Below are positions 1-13,750 of a stretch of DNA of 64,000 nt, piece by piece. The stretch covers positions 620,001 through 684,000 of the forward strand of contig JASVEC010000029.1 of assembly GCA_030770535.1 (NCBI GenBank), in the 5' to 3' direction. The stretch is from Batkoa obscura. Lineage: Eukaryota. The notes beneath the pieces are model-generated. The model was given only the letters and a program-made list of their open reading frames with translations. It made no database searches and was not told where the DNA came from. How positions within the stretch are numbered: the stretch's first letter is position 1; each line of letters starts with the position of its first letter. Position numbers and translations under genes: made by a program.

Positions 1-919
1 CTGGCCATAATCTCTAAATAATACAATGCCCCCTGGCTTCAATAATTCATACAAATTTTTAATCACTTGATCCCATTTAGCAGGCTTAATAGCAGAAAAT
101 GAAAATATTAAAGTGACAATATCTACGGACCCAGGTGTTACCTCTGAAGGTAACTCTGAACTTGTCATATCCCATACAAACGCTTTTTGGCGGTTTTCAT
201 CAAATTTTTTATTTGACTAATTCTTTTAATATTTAATTGATTATAAAATTAAGGATTCCTTACTTTAACTAAATCAACAGCTACTTTAGAAAAATCACAA
301 GCCAAAACTCTTAAGTTAGAGCTAGGGTTTGATTCAAGCAATGGATAAGCAGTGGCCCCTGTACCACAGCCTATTTCCATTACAGTAAAAATATTTTTTA
401 ATTCTAAAATGGGATGGGTTGAAGCTGTATCTTCTGCTTTTGGGAATAATTCTGGGAATTCCATTTGTAACCAGTTTCTATTCTTAAAAAATTTGTTTTC
501 ATTCATCGAATAAAATTGGTCCCAATAATTGGAAGCTTCTTCGTCGTATTTTTCTACAGTATTAAGATAGTTTTTAATACTACAGTTACCTACCTATTTA
601 AATTTACCTTTTAGTCCTTCTTCAACTTTAGTTTCCGATTGGGTTTTAATGATTTCTTTAGCTCTAGTTATGTCTTCTTCATCAAGTTCAACATCATCCC
701 TATAATCCTTTTAGTACCCTAAGCTATTCACTACGTAATACAACTTACCAGGCATTATGTTCAAAAACTCTATCTGGATCATTTAAAGTACGAGTACGAA
801 ACCTTTTAGTTTCTTGATTAATTTCTATTTAAATTCTATCAGTTTAATATTCTAGACTGAAAAAACAAAAAAATTTTATACTGTTAGGTTCGATTTTACT
901 TACCATTATTATCTGACAT
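1..919 (-). CDS. TRM140: tRNA m3C methyltransferase, Trm140/METTL2 family (multi-exon, 3' end runs off the window)
   Basis: Manual splicing from ATG at 919 gives VFEHNAW, YWDQFY, NENKFFKNRNWLQMEFPEL and the SAM motif MEIGCGTG...ACDFS, later IFSFSAI and LKPGGIVLFRDYG; GT-AG introns. Confidence 0.9.
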
Positions 920-1624
920 AATAAAACTGAGTAATGGCTTTTATATTTTAGAAACTTAAAAGTACATAAAAGAACAATGTAATTTTTTCCTATCATTTAC
1001 ACGTTACTAAATTAAGTAATTTATAACAGATTAAAATAGTCATATTTTGAATAAAATTCGGAAAACTAATTTTATTATCTTATGTGTTGTATAGATGTTG
1101 TTTCCATTATATTGCCCCTTATTGTAAAACATATGGGCTTTAGATGCACGAGTATAGTGGAATAATATCTGGATGATGTTATGTAATCTCAGTTTGATTA
1201 TTATAAATCATTCCCATTTAAATAGTTTTATTTTATTGTATTTTTTTAATCTTTTTTTACTTCGAAAAGGTTGTTAGGTAATATATTCAAAAAACATTCT
1301 AAATATTATTAAATTTGCTATATATAGTATAAATAATAATCTTAGTAAAAGCTATCATGTATATATGAACGACTCTCAGTTTTTAGCTAATGAGCATTTC
1401 ATATTAAATCAACTTTATAAAAATATTTTTTTAAATAAAAATTATAGTAGAAAATTCGATAAAAATATAATCATTATTGATCTAGATAACACTGATTGAT
1501 TATACTTATAATAAATTAAAGTTATCTATTATAGTTGAACTAGCCTAAACGTAAAATCAACTAAACTTTAAAGTTCTTAAATTTGTTAATAAAAATTAAT
1601 GAACTTTAGAATAGGCTTGTAGCA

Positions 1625-1716
1625 TATGGGGCGTATTTTGAATTTTACTAATAACTTTTCCGCTCAAATAGCGCTTAAAAAATGGAAAAGTAATGAAACC
1701 AAAAAACGTTCTCATA
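1625..1716 (+). mobile_element. MITE copy 1 (internally deleted)
   Basis: TA-TGGGGCGTATTTT...AAAAAACGTTCTCA-TA; shares core TTTTACTAA..CAAATAGCGCTTAAAA..TGGAAAAGTAATGAAACC with five other copies. Confidence 0.8.
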
Positions 1717-1917
1717 TGCTTTAGTTTAAATATCGATTAATATTAGCATTTATAATATTGTTAATAAAGCAATTTATCGAAGCGTTATATAAGCAAGCCA
1801 AAAATTTTGAACTAATTTTTATATTTTTATGTTTACTTTATTATGATTATAAGTGTTTGAAAATCATCACATAGAGAACATCTAACTGATATATACATAG
1901 GTTACTAATATTCTTTA

Positions 1918-2021
1918 TATGAGGATGTTTTTTTTGGTTTCATTATTTTTTCTATCTTTAAGTGTTATTTGGGTGGAAAAATTGTTAGTAAAATTCTTAA
2001 ACAAAAAAATACATCCTCATA
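1918..2021 (-). mobile_element. MITE copy 2 (reverse orientation)
   Basis: TA-TGAGGATGTTTTTTT...AAAAAAATACATCCTCA-TA; interior is the reverse complement of the shared core. Confidence 0.85.
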
Positions 2022-2270
2022 TACCATTACTTACTTTCAACCAGGATATGATAGTATTCAAGTGTTTCTATATTAAAGTATAAACTAGAGTTGATTTTAA
2101 ATAGTACGTAGGGCGTTGCCTTTTGAAGGCTTGAAAAAGACATATGAGCTAAAAACCAGAGTAGCATTTTAATTAAATGTCATAATAAAGACAATAGTTA
2201 ACTTTTAATATAGATATTTACAATAGTTTATTTGTAGATTCAATAAATATTACATCAGCGTAAGAGAGGA

Positions 2271-2804
2271 TTAAGGCAAAGTTAAAAAAGAGATAGAAAT
2301 AAGCATAATAGAGTGTATTACACAATCTATATCATAGTATAATTCTATTGTAAGTAAATCATTGGATTTAAAACATTTTGCAAGCTCCAGAGTAATGGCA
2401 TTATCTATATTTAAAAAGAGGACCCAAGCATCATCGACTAACCTCCAGTAGCATGTTAACTTTATCTCTGAATGTTTAGGACTCAGTTCAATCTCTAAGC
2501 CTCCTTTAACTCCTTTTATGGAGAAAGTAAAGTTTTCATTCATTCCATTTCCACCTATCAAACATTGTATTTGATATTTTTTCGTAAAACTAAACATTGA
2601 TCTTTTAAATGTTGCGATAGGGCTTTTACTAGAATTTGTTAATATGATGGACTTGTTGTTACCAAAATAAATAAAATTGCTTATTTTATTTTCGGTTTCA
2701 TAGATCGAATAGCTTAGCGTAGCGTCTTGCGATTTTATATATAATTTTTTAGTATTACCTAGCTTTTTTAAGCCTTCCGTTAAATAGGTTTGAGTCAGTA
2801 TCAT
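2271..2804 (-). CDS. Hypothetical 177-aa protein, possibly LURP-one/tubby C-terminal-like
   Basis: Intronless ORF; segment PIATFKRSMFSFTKKYQI and beta-rich pattern loosely resemble LOR/scramblase-like folds. Confidence 0.45.
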   Translation of the reverse strand: MILTQTYLTEGLKKLGNTKKLYIKSQDATLSYSIYETENKISNFIYFGNNKSIILTNSSKSPIATFKRSMFSFTKKYQIQCLIGGNGMNENFTFSIKGVKGGLEIELSPKHSEIKLTCYWRLVDDAWVLFLNIDNAITLELAKCFKSNDLLTIELYYDIDCVIHSIMLISISFLTLP

Positions 2805-4045
2805 AGTATATAGTGTTATGTTTTTAATAAATTATTGTTTTTTATTTTTAAATGATTACAACTGTAGTCTATATATACCCTTGTCATATCTATATAACAA
2901 GCCAATACAATTACCCTTTATTAAGTAACAATAATGGAAATAGTAAATTTAAGAACAAAATCATTTCTTTTTGATTTATCAAGAATTAATTAAGCATGCC
3001 AAGAAGCTTGATGACACACATTTGAGCTGCTAATTCTTTAGAGAAATTTGTTTAAGTTGCATAGCCTATTTTACTGAGGCTGTAATTTTATATAGATTTT
3101 TTCTCGGTCTGTTAAAAATACCCGCACCAAAAAATCGAATCATTTCTTTCGATATTTTTCTTTTTCAAAAATACTTGGCTGTTAGTGGGAAAACATTATC
3201 TGGGATAGAAGGAAAGAAAATCATATACCGTTAGGGTTGTAATGTATAATTTGATTCTATATATCTATATAATTAAGAATAGGATATTTATAGCTATGTA
3301 AACTCTAGAAATAATAAATTTATTCTTTGAAGTGATTTTTAAAATCAAAGAGTTATATTGATATATCTACAATAACAGTGATGTGAATTATTTAAATGCT
3401 CGAGTAAAAAACTTTATAGATTATTCCAATAATAGCATCTATTAATATATTATCATTTGATAAATGTCTGATTTAAATGGGACGAAAAATACACAAGCCA
3501 ATTGATTGATTTTAAGTTTTAATTAGAATGAGATTTCTTATCAAAACACTGCTCAATTTTGCAATTTAAAATTTGGAAAAGCTTTAGTAACAACACCTCT
3601 TAACCAAATAAACATGCCTTAATGTTTTATTGCAAGAACTAATAAATATAAAATATATAGCACTATTGTATAGCTTATTGTATAACAATAAATCCAGGTT
3701 GTATGGTTTTTTTAATAGCAGTTCTTAATAAGGATTTAGACGGTAAAATAAATATAAATATAAAATCAAAATTGTGTTTTTATTTCAATTAAAATAATCA
3801 TGTGAACTTAGTTTTAGAAAAAGCATAAGGACAACTCTTTTTGTTTTTAGGTCAGATTAGCCAAATTTTAAATATGAAGTTTCTAAATTTTTGTTACTTA
3901 AAAAACAAAGAATATCTTCAACATAAACCGTACATATGCTTCTAAAATAGTTTAATAGTAGTAGTTTATTTTTTGCTCTTTATAGTTTAGTTAATATTAA
4001 ACAAGATCGTTAGTTCAATTAATGTAGTAAATTTAAGTCTTAAAA

Positions 4046-4150
4046 TATGGGGATATATTTTTTTGTTTAGGAATTTTACTAACAATCTTTCTGCTCAAAT
4101 AGCGCTTAAAAAATGGAAAAAGTAATGAAACCAAAAAATACATCCCCATG
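4046..4150 (+). mobile_element. MITE copy 3
   Basis: TA-TGGGGATATATTTTTTT...AAAAAATACATCCCCA-TG with the shared core. Confidence 0.85.
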
Positions 4151-4443
4151 TATATTTTTTTTCTGAAAATTATTTAAATGTTGATAAAATATAAAATGCT
4201 AAACAAAATTTTAAGACTTAAAACTTATTATTATTAAGTATTCTCAGAGATAACTTTCTTTTTTTGGGCAAATCTTAACTATAAAGACTGCAGAATTAAA
4301 GTAAAACTAATTCTTCATTTAAAATTTCGATATTTATAGCTAAAATAAATTCCAAACAAAAAAACAAATTTGGGCTGAAAAAATGAATTTACTTTAAACT
4401 CTGTTTTTATTGGACTTTTTTTTAAAGATAACTAAGCGGTATC

Positions 4444-4506
<63 letters not shown>
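4444..4506. repeat. (TTA)n microsatellite, about 21 units
   Basis: Uninterrupted trinucleotide run read directly. Confidence 0.95.
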
Positions 4507-4507
<1 letters not shown>

Positions 4508-5045
4508 GAAGCTAAAATTTAGATTTGAACTAAAAGTATTTTATCTGTTTCATTATTGTTAAATAAAATGTTTTAAAATATTAGCTAAAATATTTACTAA
4601 AAGTTGAATCTTTATTAATTTTTTTATAAAATTGGCTTTTTGCTATAGCCAATAATTTGCTTGCCGTCATTTTTGTCCAAAAGTTATTTCTGGGGATATC
4701 CAATAATAATGGTTAATATTTTTAATGTTGATCAAATTATATACAAGGAGCTAAATATGTATCATTTAAACAATTTTCACGATAGTGTACAACTTATTAA
4801 TTTGCAAATGTTACAAATCAATATTGTAATAAAACTGATCTCTAAAATAAACTAGCTCATTTATCTACAATTGTGAAGTTTTATATACTAATTACATAGC
4901 TACTTTCCAGATATGGCAGCGTATCATAGTTTCATCATCACTTTGAACTTGATAAACAGCTACTGAGTTTGCACTTACTTGTTTGAATTAAAATAAAAAC
5001 CAATTTTATCAAGGATATTGTATAACTTCATACAGCTCATTCCAT

Positions 5046-6346
5046 TTATTCATTGTCCTTTTTTTTAGCAATAAAGCTCTTGAAATTAGGAGTATTAACA
5101 TTTAGTTTGTTACCTACTTATTGATTATTATTTTTTCAAAATAATTGTAATTTAGTTTACCTTGTAATGTAAAAGAATTTCTTAACTTTGATGGAAAAAT
5201 ACTAGTGCTTTTTGTCGTATTTTTTAACAACCTATTTGCAGCTGGGGATAAACCATGCTTATTTTCTTGTCTAGCATATGGACTTGATTCTATTTTACGT
5301 TGGTGTAAAGCCTTCCTTGCACTTTGAGTAAGTTTTATGCTTAACGCTTCTCTTCTATTTGGTTCTTGTAATGCAAATTCCCTTTTTGGAGTCCTAGTTG
5401 GTGTATCATTTATTGCCATCGGAGTGGATTCAATAAACCCCCATGTCATTGGGTTATTATCTCCAAGAGTATCAGGGTTTGGGGCTGGTGTTGCTTCAAC
5501 CAATTCGTAATTCTTATTTGAAGCATTAAAGCCTCCCATTTGTGATAAATTCATACTTGGGGTCGAAGGCGTTGTGCCAAGCTTTATGAAGGTTAAAACT
5601 TTATTTGAGGTAAAATAATAACTTACATTCATTCCTTTAGGCAGCCTTGTGTTACTATGTACAATTTCCTTTGATTGAGATCTAAGATATAAATCTGTAT
5701 CTGGAGCTTTGTATGGTTGTCCTTCTGGCACAAACATTAAACCGTTCTTTGCTTTAAACCTCCACGTTTTTATTTTTCGATACTCTCTTTTATTTAGTTC
5801 ATTATCCTCTCTAAAATCTTCTAATTCATTTCTAGGTACTATAACTTGTTTTTGTTCAGTTGGAATATGGATCAAACTCTGTTCATCTTGTTCACTACTG
5901 TTTGTAATCAATTTCTTTTCTAGGGCGCTAGAAATCAAATTATCTTCATCTTTATATAACCAGTGGTATTTTTTCCTTTTTAATTCCAAATCCTTTTTAA
6001 TTATTTCTGAAAAGGAAGCATTATCTTCTGATGTAAACTTTGTAAAAAATTGATCCAACCCGAGTTCTAAGCCTGGTGCAGCTTGAGAGTTTAGAAGCTC
6101 ATTTCTTCGCTGAATTTCTAAGTTTTCTAACCTTGGCGTAGCACTAAAATCAATTATTTCATCATTTCTCCCTTTTAAATATTTTAAATCTGGGAAAAAA
6201 TCTCTTTCAATTATATGGTCGATCGCAGATGTATATGTTTCTTCTTCTAGGACAGTTACTTCATTCGAGTGTGATTGTATTTCTTCTTGTTTTTTAACTT
6301 TTATTAAGCTTCCAACTGCTGGTGTATTTTCATTTGAGTTTTCCAT
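5046..6346 (-). CDS. ESS2: Splicing factor ESS2/DGCR14 (Es2) homologue
   Basis: VLEEETYTSAIDHIIERDFFPDL, LDQFFTKFTSEDNASF, PMTWGFIESTP, LSPAANRLL; short final exon after a GT-AG intron ends at TAA 5046-5048. Confidence 0.9.
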
Positions 6347-6656
6347 TTCTTATATTTGAATAAATAAAGTTATGCCATGCCAAATTTTGGTTGTGGAGTT
6401 CAGAATTTAAAATTTAGACTAATATTTGCAACATAAAGCAGACGTGCTCACTTTGCAATAGTTTCATTTCCACCAAAATAGGCTACAGCTTATTTTATGA
6501 CATAAAATATGCATTGAAAATAGTAATTATTGGTGCAATTCGCTAACAAATTTTAAGAGTTGTAATAAAAACGCATGCGTGACTTAAAGCTGATTCATTG
6601 TCTAACAAAAAGTATATAAAGCCCAAATTTAATTATTTAGTCTACATTTTACAAAA

Positions 6657-7064
6657 ATGAAATTCTATCTTTTAATTTTAGCTTTATTGTTCCAATTCTC
6701 AGTACAACAAGGTGAAGATGAAGGTGCAATTGGAGTTGTACAAATTGATGCATCAATAGATCAACCATTGGGATCACCTGTAAGCAATAGCACCAAAACA
6801 GCTAGCGATGCTACTCTAGTAACTCAAGTTATTTCTACTAAACCAGTTACTTCTAAAACACCAAGCTCACCTGCTGCGACTCAAATTATAATTCAGTATG
6901 AGACAACTAAATCAGGAAAAACTGATAGTACTTCCACAAGCAGTCCAACAAACACCCAAAAGACCCAGTTTACTAAACCTGGCTCGAGCGGTTCGAGTTT
7001 ATTAAAGCCAAGCTTTGAGTTGCCCTTAGCATTCATCTTGGTTCTTGATTCGTATTTTAATTAG
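6657..7064 (+). CDS. Small secreted Ser/Thr-rich protein, likely GPI-anchored
   Basis: N-terminal hydrophobic signal, S/T-rich body, GSSGSS followed by a hydrophobic tail. Confidence 0.7.
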   Translation: MKFYLLILALLFQFSVQQGEDEGAIGVVQIDASIDQPLGSPVSNSTKTASDATLVTQVISTKPVTSKTPSSPAATQIIIQYETTKSGKTDSTSTSSPTNTQKTQFTKPGSSGSSLLKPSFELPLAFILVLDSYFN

Positions 7065-7821
7065 TTTATTCTAATGCCTCTTAATTCATTCTGCCATTAA
7101 ATTTTAATTATAATATTTGCATTATACGCTGCTTTAATAAACTATTTTAATCATTAAATTTTATTGAATATAGTCTTTAATATAAAATGATTTTTTATTA
7201 ACGTTATTAAATTGAGATATTAATTTAAACTTGGCTTTTTTATAAGCGAAAGCTTAATAACATTTTTAGCCCATAAGTATAGATGCCAAGGGTTTTGTAA
7301 AAGTATTATGAAAGGGTTTTTTGAGGACCTAATTAATAGTTTAATCCAATACTAATCAAAATAGATTAAATAATAAATCAAAGAGTATTAATTGCGTGTA
7401 TCATTTATGAGTGAATTTTTAAGCGTCTAAGTGAAGTTGTATATGTATTATAAATAATAAGGCTATGGCCTTGGTATAAAACCAATGAGCATTGCTTTGT
7501 TCATTTTAATATATTTCATTAATAAGCCAAGTAGTTCTATAACCTCCTTTATTGTAAAAGAACTTGAAAATAACAGTAAAATTAAAGTGATTGGCCAAAT
7601 GCAGAAATTAATTTATAACTCAACAAAACATTGAAAACAAGCCAGTTTTTCATAGAAAGAGATAAAGAATAACAAATTAAAAACAAAGTTAAATAATATA
7701 CAAATAAATTTTAATTGTTTTTATACTATTCATCATTTTACGAGAACATTATCAACATAGTATTAATTCATAAGAGTTTGAAGTAACCTCCTATTCTTTA
7801 TTTCTTTGAATTTTTGTTAAA

Positions 7822-10586
<2,765 letters not shown>

Positions 10587-10824
10587 GATTATAAAATAGA
10601 TAAAATAATTTTAATATTGTATATATAATATATAATATATAATATGTATTGAATTTTTGCTACAAATTAAATCGTTTTCCAATTTTTGAAATAAAAGTAT
10701 TGTCTATTATTTTTAAATTTTATTGATTTTTCAAGTTTATTACGTTATTTAAAATTACCTATTTAAGAATAACTATAATTATTGTTGCTTACGCATCGTA
10801 AATTTGAGGGTGTAGGAAATTAAA

Positions 10825-10831
10825 TGAGTCA
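10825..10831. promoter_or_regulatory. Gcn4/CpcA response element TGAGTCA upstream of HIS1
   Basis: ATGAGTCAC about 80 bp before the HIS1 ATG. Confidence 0.6.
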
Positions 10832-10909
10832 CAATGATAGATAAGATAAAAAAATAGTATATAAACAAAAACAACAAAATAAAACAACTCATTTTTAAAT
10901 TTTAAGGAA

Positions 10910-11797
10910 ATGGAGATACTAAACGAACTTAAAGACCGATTATTAATAGCGATCCCAAAGAAAGGAAGGTTACATGAAAAATGTTTAACTTTATTAGATA
11001 ATATCGATATTCAATTCCATCGAAAGCCACGTCATGATATTGCTTTAGCTAAAAATTTACCAGTTGCTATCTTATTTTTGCCTGCTGCAGACATTGCTAA
11101 ATACGTAGCTAAAGGAAATGTATCTTTAGGTATAACTGGGCAAGATATTATAGCTGAATCTGAAGTTGAGGAAAAAATCAACGTAGAATTGAAACTAGGC
11201 TTTGGTAGGTGTAAGTTACAATTACAAGTACCAATTAAAGAGAAGGAGATTGTAGAGCCAGCTCATGTAGCTGGCAAAAGGATTGTGACCAGTTTTCCAA
11301 ATTTGTCCAAAGCCTATTTCAATTCCTTAAATAGCCAAGTTGATACAAAAGTTGAGTTTGTTAGCGGTAGTGTTGAAGTAGCTTGTACATTAGGATTAGC
11401 CGAAGGTATAGTAGATTTAGTAGAATCTGGAGAAACTATGAAAGCAGCTGGGCTCCATGCTATTGGAACTATAATGGAAAGTGAAGCAGTATTGCTTTCA
11501 AACCCAAAGTCTCCATTCCAGCCATTGATTAGAAAACTTAAAGATAGAATTGAAGGTTCCCTCTTGGCCAAAAAATATGTGGTATGTACTTATAATATAT
11601 TAAGAACTAACCTTGAAAAGGCAAAGAAAATCACTCCTGGAAGGTTAGCACCTTCTGTTTCCCCACTTGAAGATTTAGAATGGGTTGCTGTTTCTTCAAT
11701 GGTTTTAAAACAAAACGTGGCTGAAGTCATGGATATGTTAAAAGAAGTAGGGGCATCTGATATTATGGTTAGTATGATTGCTAACTGTAGAGCTTAA
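10910..11797 (+). CDS. HIS1: ATP phosphoribosyltransferase (long form HisG)
   Basis: RLLIAIPKKGRL, LGITGQD, GSVEVAC, IVDLVESGETM, C-terminal TPGRLAPSVSPL; intronless. Confidence 0.97.
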   Translation: MEILNELKDRLLIAIPKKGRLHEKCLTLLDNIDIQFHRKPRHDIALAKNLPVAILFLPAADIAKYVAKGNVSLGITGQDIIAESEVEEKINVELKLGFGRCKLQLQVPIKEKEIVEPAHVAGKRIVTSFPNLSKAYFNSLNSQVDTKVEFVSGSVEVACTLGLAEGIVDLVESGETMKAAGLHAIGTIMESEAVLLSNPKSPFQPLIRKLKDRIEGSLLAKKYVVCTYNILRTNLEKAKKITPGRLAPSVSPLEDLEWVAVSSMVLKQNVAEVMDMLKEVGASDIMVSMIANCRA

Positions 11798-11956
11798 TAT
11801 AAATAAAAATATACGAATTTTAATTTTTGAGTTTTTGATGAATAACTTTAATTCTAAGTTGAAAAAATTTGATTTAATTGGTTGAAATTATAAGCACAAA
11901 ACTCTAAGGAGCTTCCATTATAATTTTAGTTTTTTAAGTTTATTTATTTATTCCAA

Positions 11957-12624
11957 ATGAGTTATTATAATCCGAATAATCCTCAACAGCCAGAAACCTA
12001 TTATTATGATGCAGATACAACCGTAGATCCGTATTATCAATACTATTATAGCCAAGGAGGAGAAAATACTTCCGCTTATGTTGAACCAACTGTAACGGCT
12101 ATACCTTTAGGATATGACCAAGGTTCCTACCAACCACCAGAAAATAAAAAAGAAAGTAAACAAAGAAAAAAGAAGACTTTGCGTACGGCTGCCGGTAAGG
12201 TTTGGGAAGACAGAACTTTATTGGAATGGGATCCAAGTAAGCTTTTATTAAATTTAATAGCAATCGATATTAATAATTTAGGTGATTTCCGATTATTTGT
12301 AGGAGATTTAGGCAATGAAGTTAATGATGAAATGTTAAAAAAAGCGTTTGAAAAATATCCTTCATTTGTAAAAGCTAAAGTTATTAAGGATAAGAGAAAT
12401 GATAAAACAAAAGGATATGGGTTTGTTAGTTTCAAAGATTCGGATGATTTTATTAAAGCCTCAAAAGAAATGAATGGTAGTTTTTATTTTTTATAATTTA
12501 AATCTTATTTTAAAATAATTTAGGTAAATACATAGGAACAAGACCCATTAAACTCAGGAAGAGTACATGGAAAGAAAGAGCACTTCAAACGAACGATAAA
12601 AAGAAATCTAATAGGCCTTATTGA
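11957..12624 (+). CDS. RBM42: RRM RNA-binding protein, RBM42-like
   Basis: RTAAGKVWEDRTLLEWDP, DFRLFVGDLGNEVND, KTKGYGFVSF, MNGKYIGTRPIKLRKSTWKER after removing two introns. Confidence 0.9.
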
Positions 12625-12651
12625 AGTATTATCAATAAATATTTTTTCTTT

Positions 12652-13148
12652 TCAAAAATTGTCGTTATTAGTACTGTTAATTGCTATATGGTTTAATTCT
12701 AATACATATTTTCCCTCTTTATATTTTTGTGCTTTTTCGTAGGCATATTCCTAATTACTTTAGTAAAAACAATTTAGTAAAAACATTGTATTACATATTT
12801 CCAGCCCAAATTATTATTACAGTTTTTGCATCTTATATCAGACAGTACATGTAATCCAGTCAACAACACCCTTTCTTGCTTCGGCCCTAAGTTGATGTTA
12901 TACCTATTTATGATTAGTGCTAAATCTATTTATGCTAAATCTATTTACACATTATTAAATAAAAATCCTTTCCCGGTTCTACCTTGGAAATTCTATTTAA
13001 GCAAGAGTCAAGTATTATACAATATTAGTTCTAGTCAAATAGTTACTTTAGAAATCAACTCTTGATGTTTGCCTATTCCTGTTTGACATTGATTACAACA
13101 ATAAATATAATTATCATCTACTAAAGTTACAATTAATGAACTATTCAT
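12652..13148 (-). CDS. MOH1: Yippee-like (YPEL/Moh1) zinc-binding protein; not in ORF track
   Basis: Four exons spliced by hand: [88 protein letters not shown]. Confidence 0.93.
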
Positions 13149-13388
13149 TTTAATGAAAATATAATAAAGATTAATTTTTTTTTATCATTTTTATTTAGCA
13201 ATAGGAATATTTAGCCCCCTTTTGTTTTACATCAACGTTATTATTTAAGGCTATCTTTTAAATCACTTTATTTCAATCATTCAACATAGTTAAAAACGTT
13301 ATTTTAGTAATTTCTATATTTTAGATACAATACTTTGGTTTCTAGTCCTATTAGTTTGACTAAAATTGAATTTTAATTAAAGCTAATA

Positions 13389-13489
13389 TTTGGGAATGTA
13401 TTTTTGTTTAAGAATTTTACTAACAATTTTTCCACTTAAATAGCGCTTAAAAGATGAAAAAAGTAATGAAACCAAAAAACATCCCCGTT
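13389..13489 (+). mobile_element. MITE copy 4
   Basis: TGGGAATGTATTTTT...AAAAAACATCCCCG with the shared core; flanking TA degraded to TT. Confidence 0.8.
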
Positions 13490-13750
13490 TATCAAATACC
13501 CTACAAAATATTACTTATATTTAAACATACTATATTTGTGAAATAAAGATGAGCATTTTTTAATTTAAACATTAATAACTAAACTAGACATAATATAACG
13601 TATTTGAGGTATATAAATATTAATCGTAATTATATCGATCTTATTATAATTATAAAAACGAGTAGCCTTCTATCAAATATAATACAACTATTTTAAAACA
13701 AAAAGATAATAAATTATTAGAATAAATAGGCGGTTTATTACTATAGAAAA

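Noticed and set aside
4640..5040. C/D snoRNA or small gene downstream of ESS2
   Set aside because: A TGATGA occurs on the minus strand but no matching D box or terminal stem was found, and frames contain many stops.
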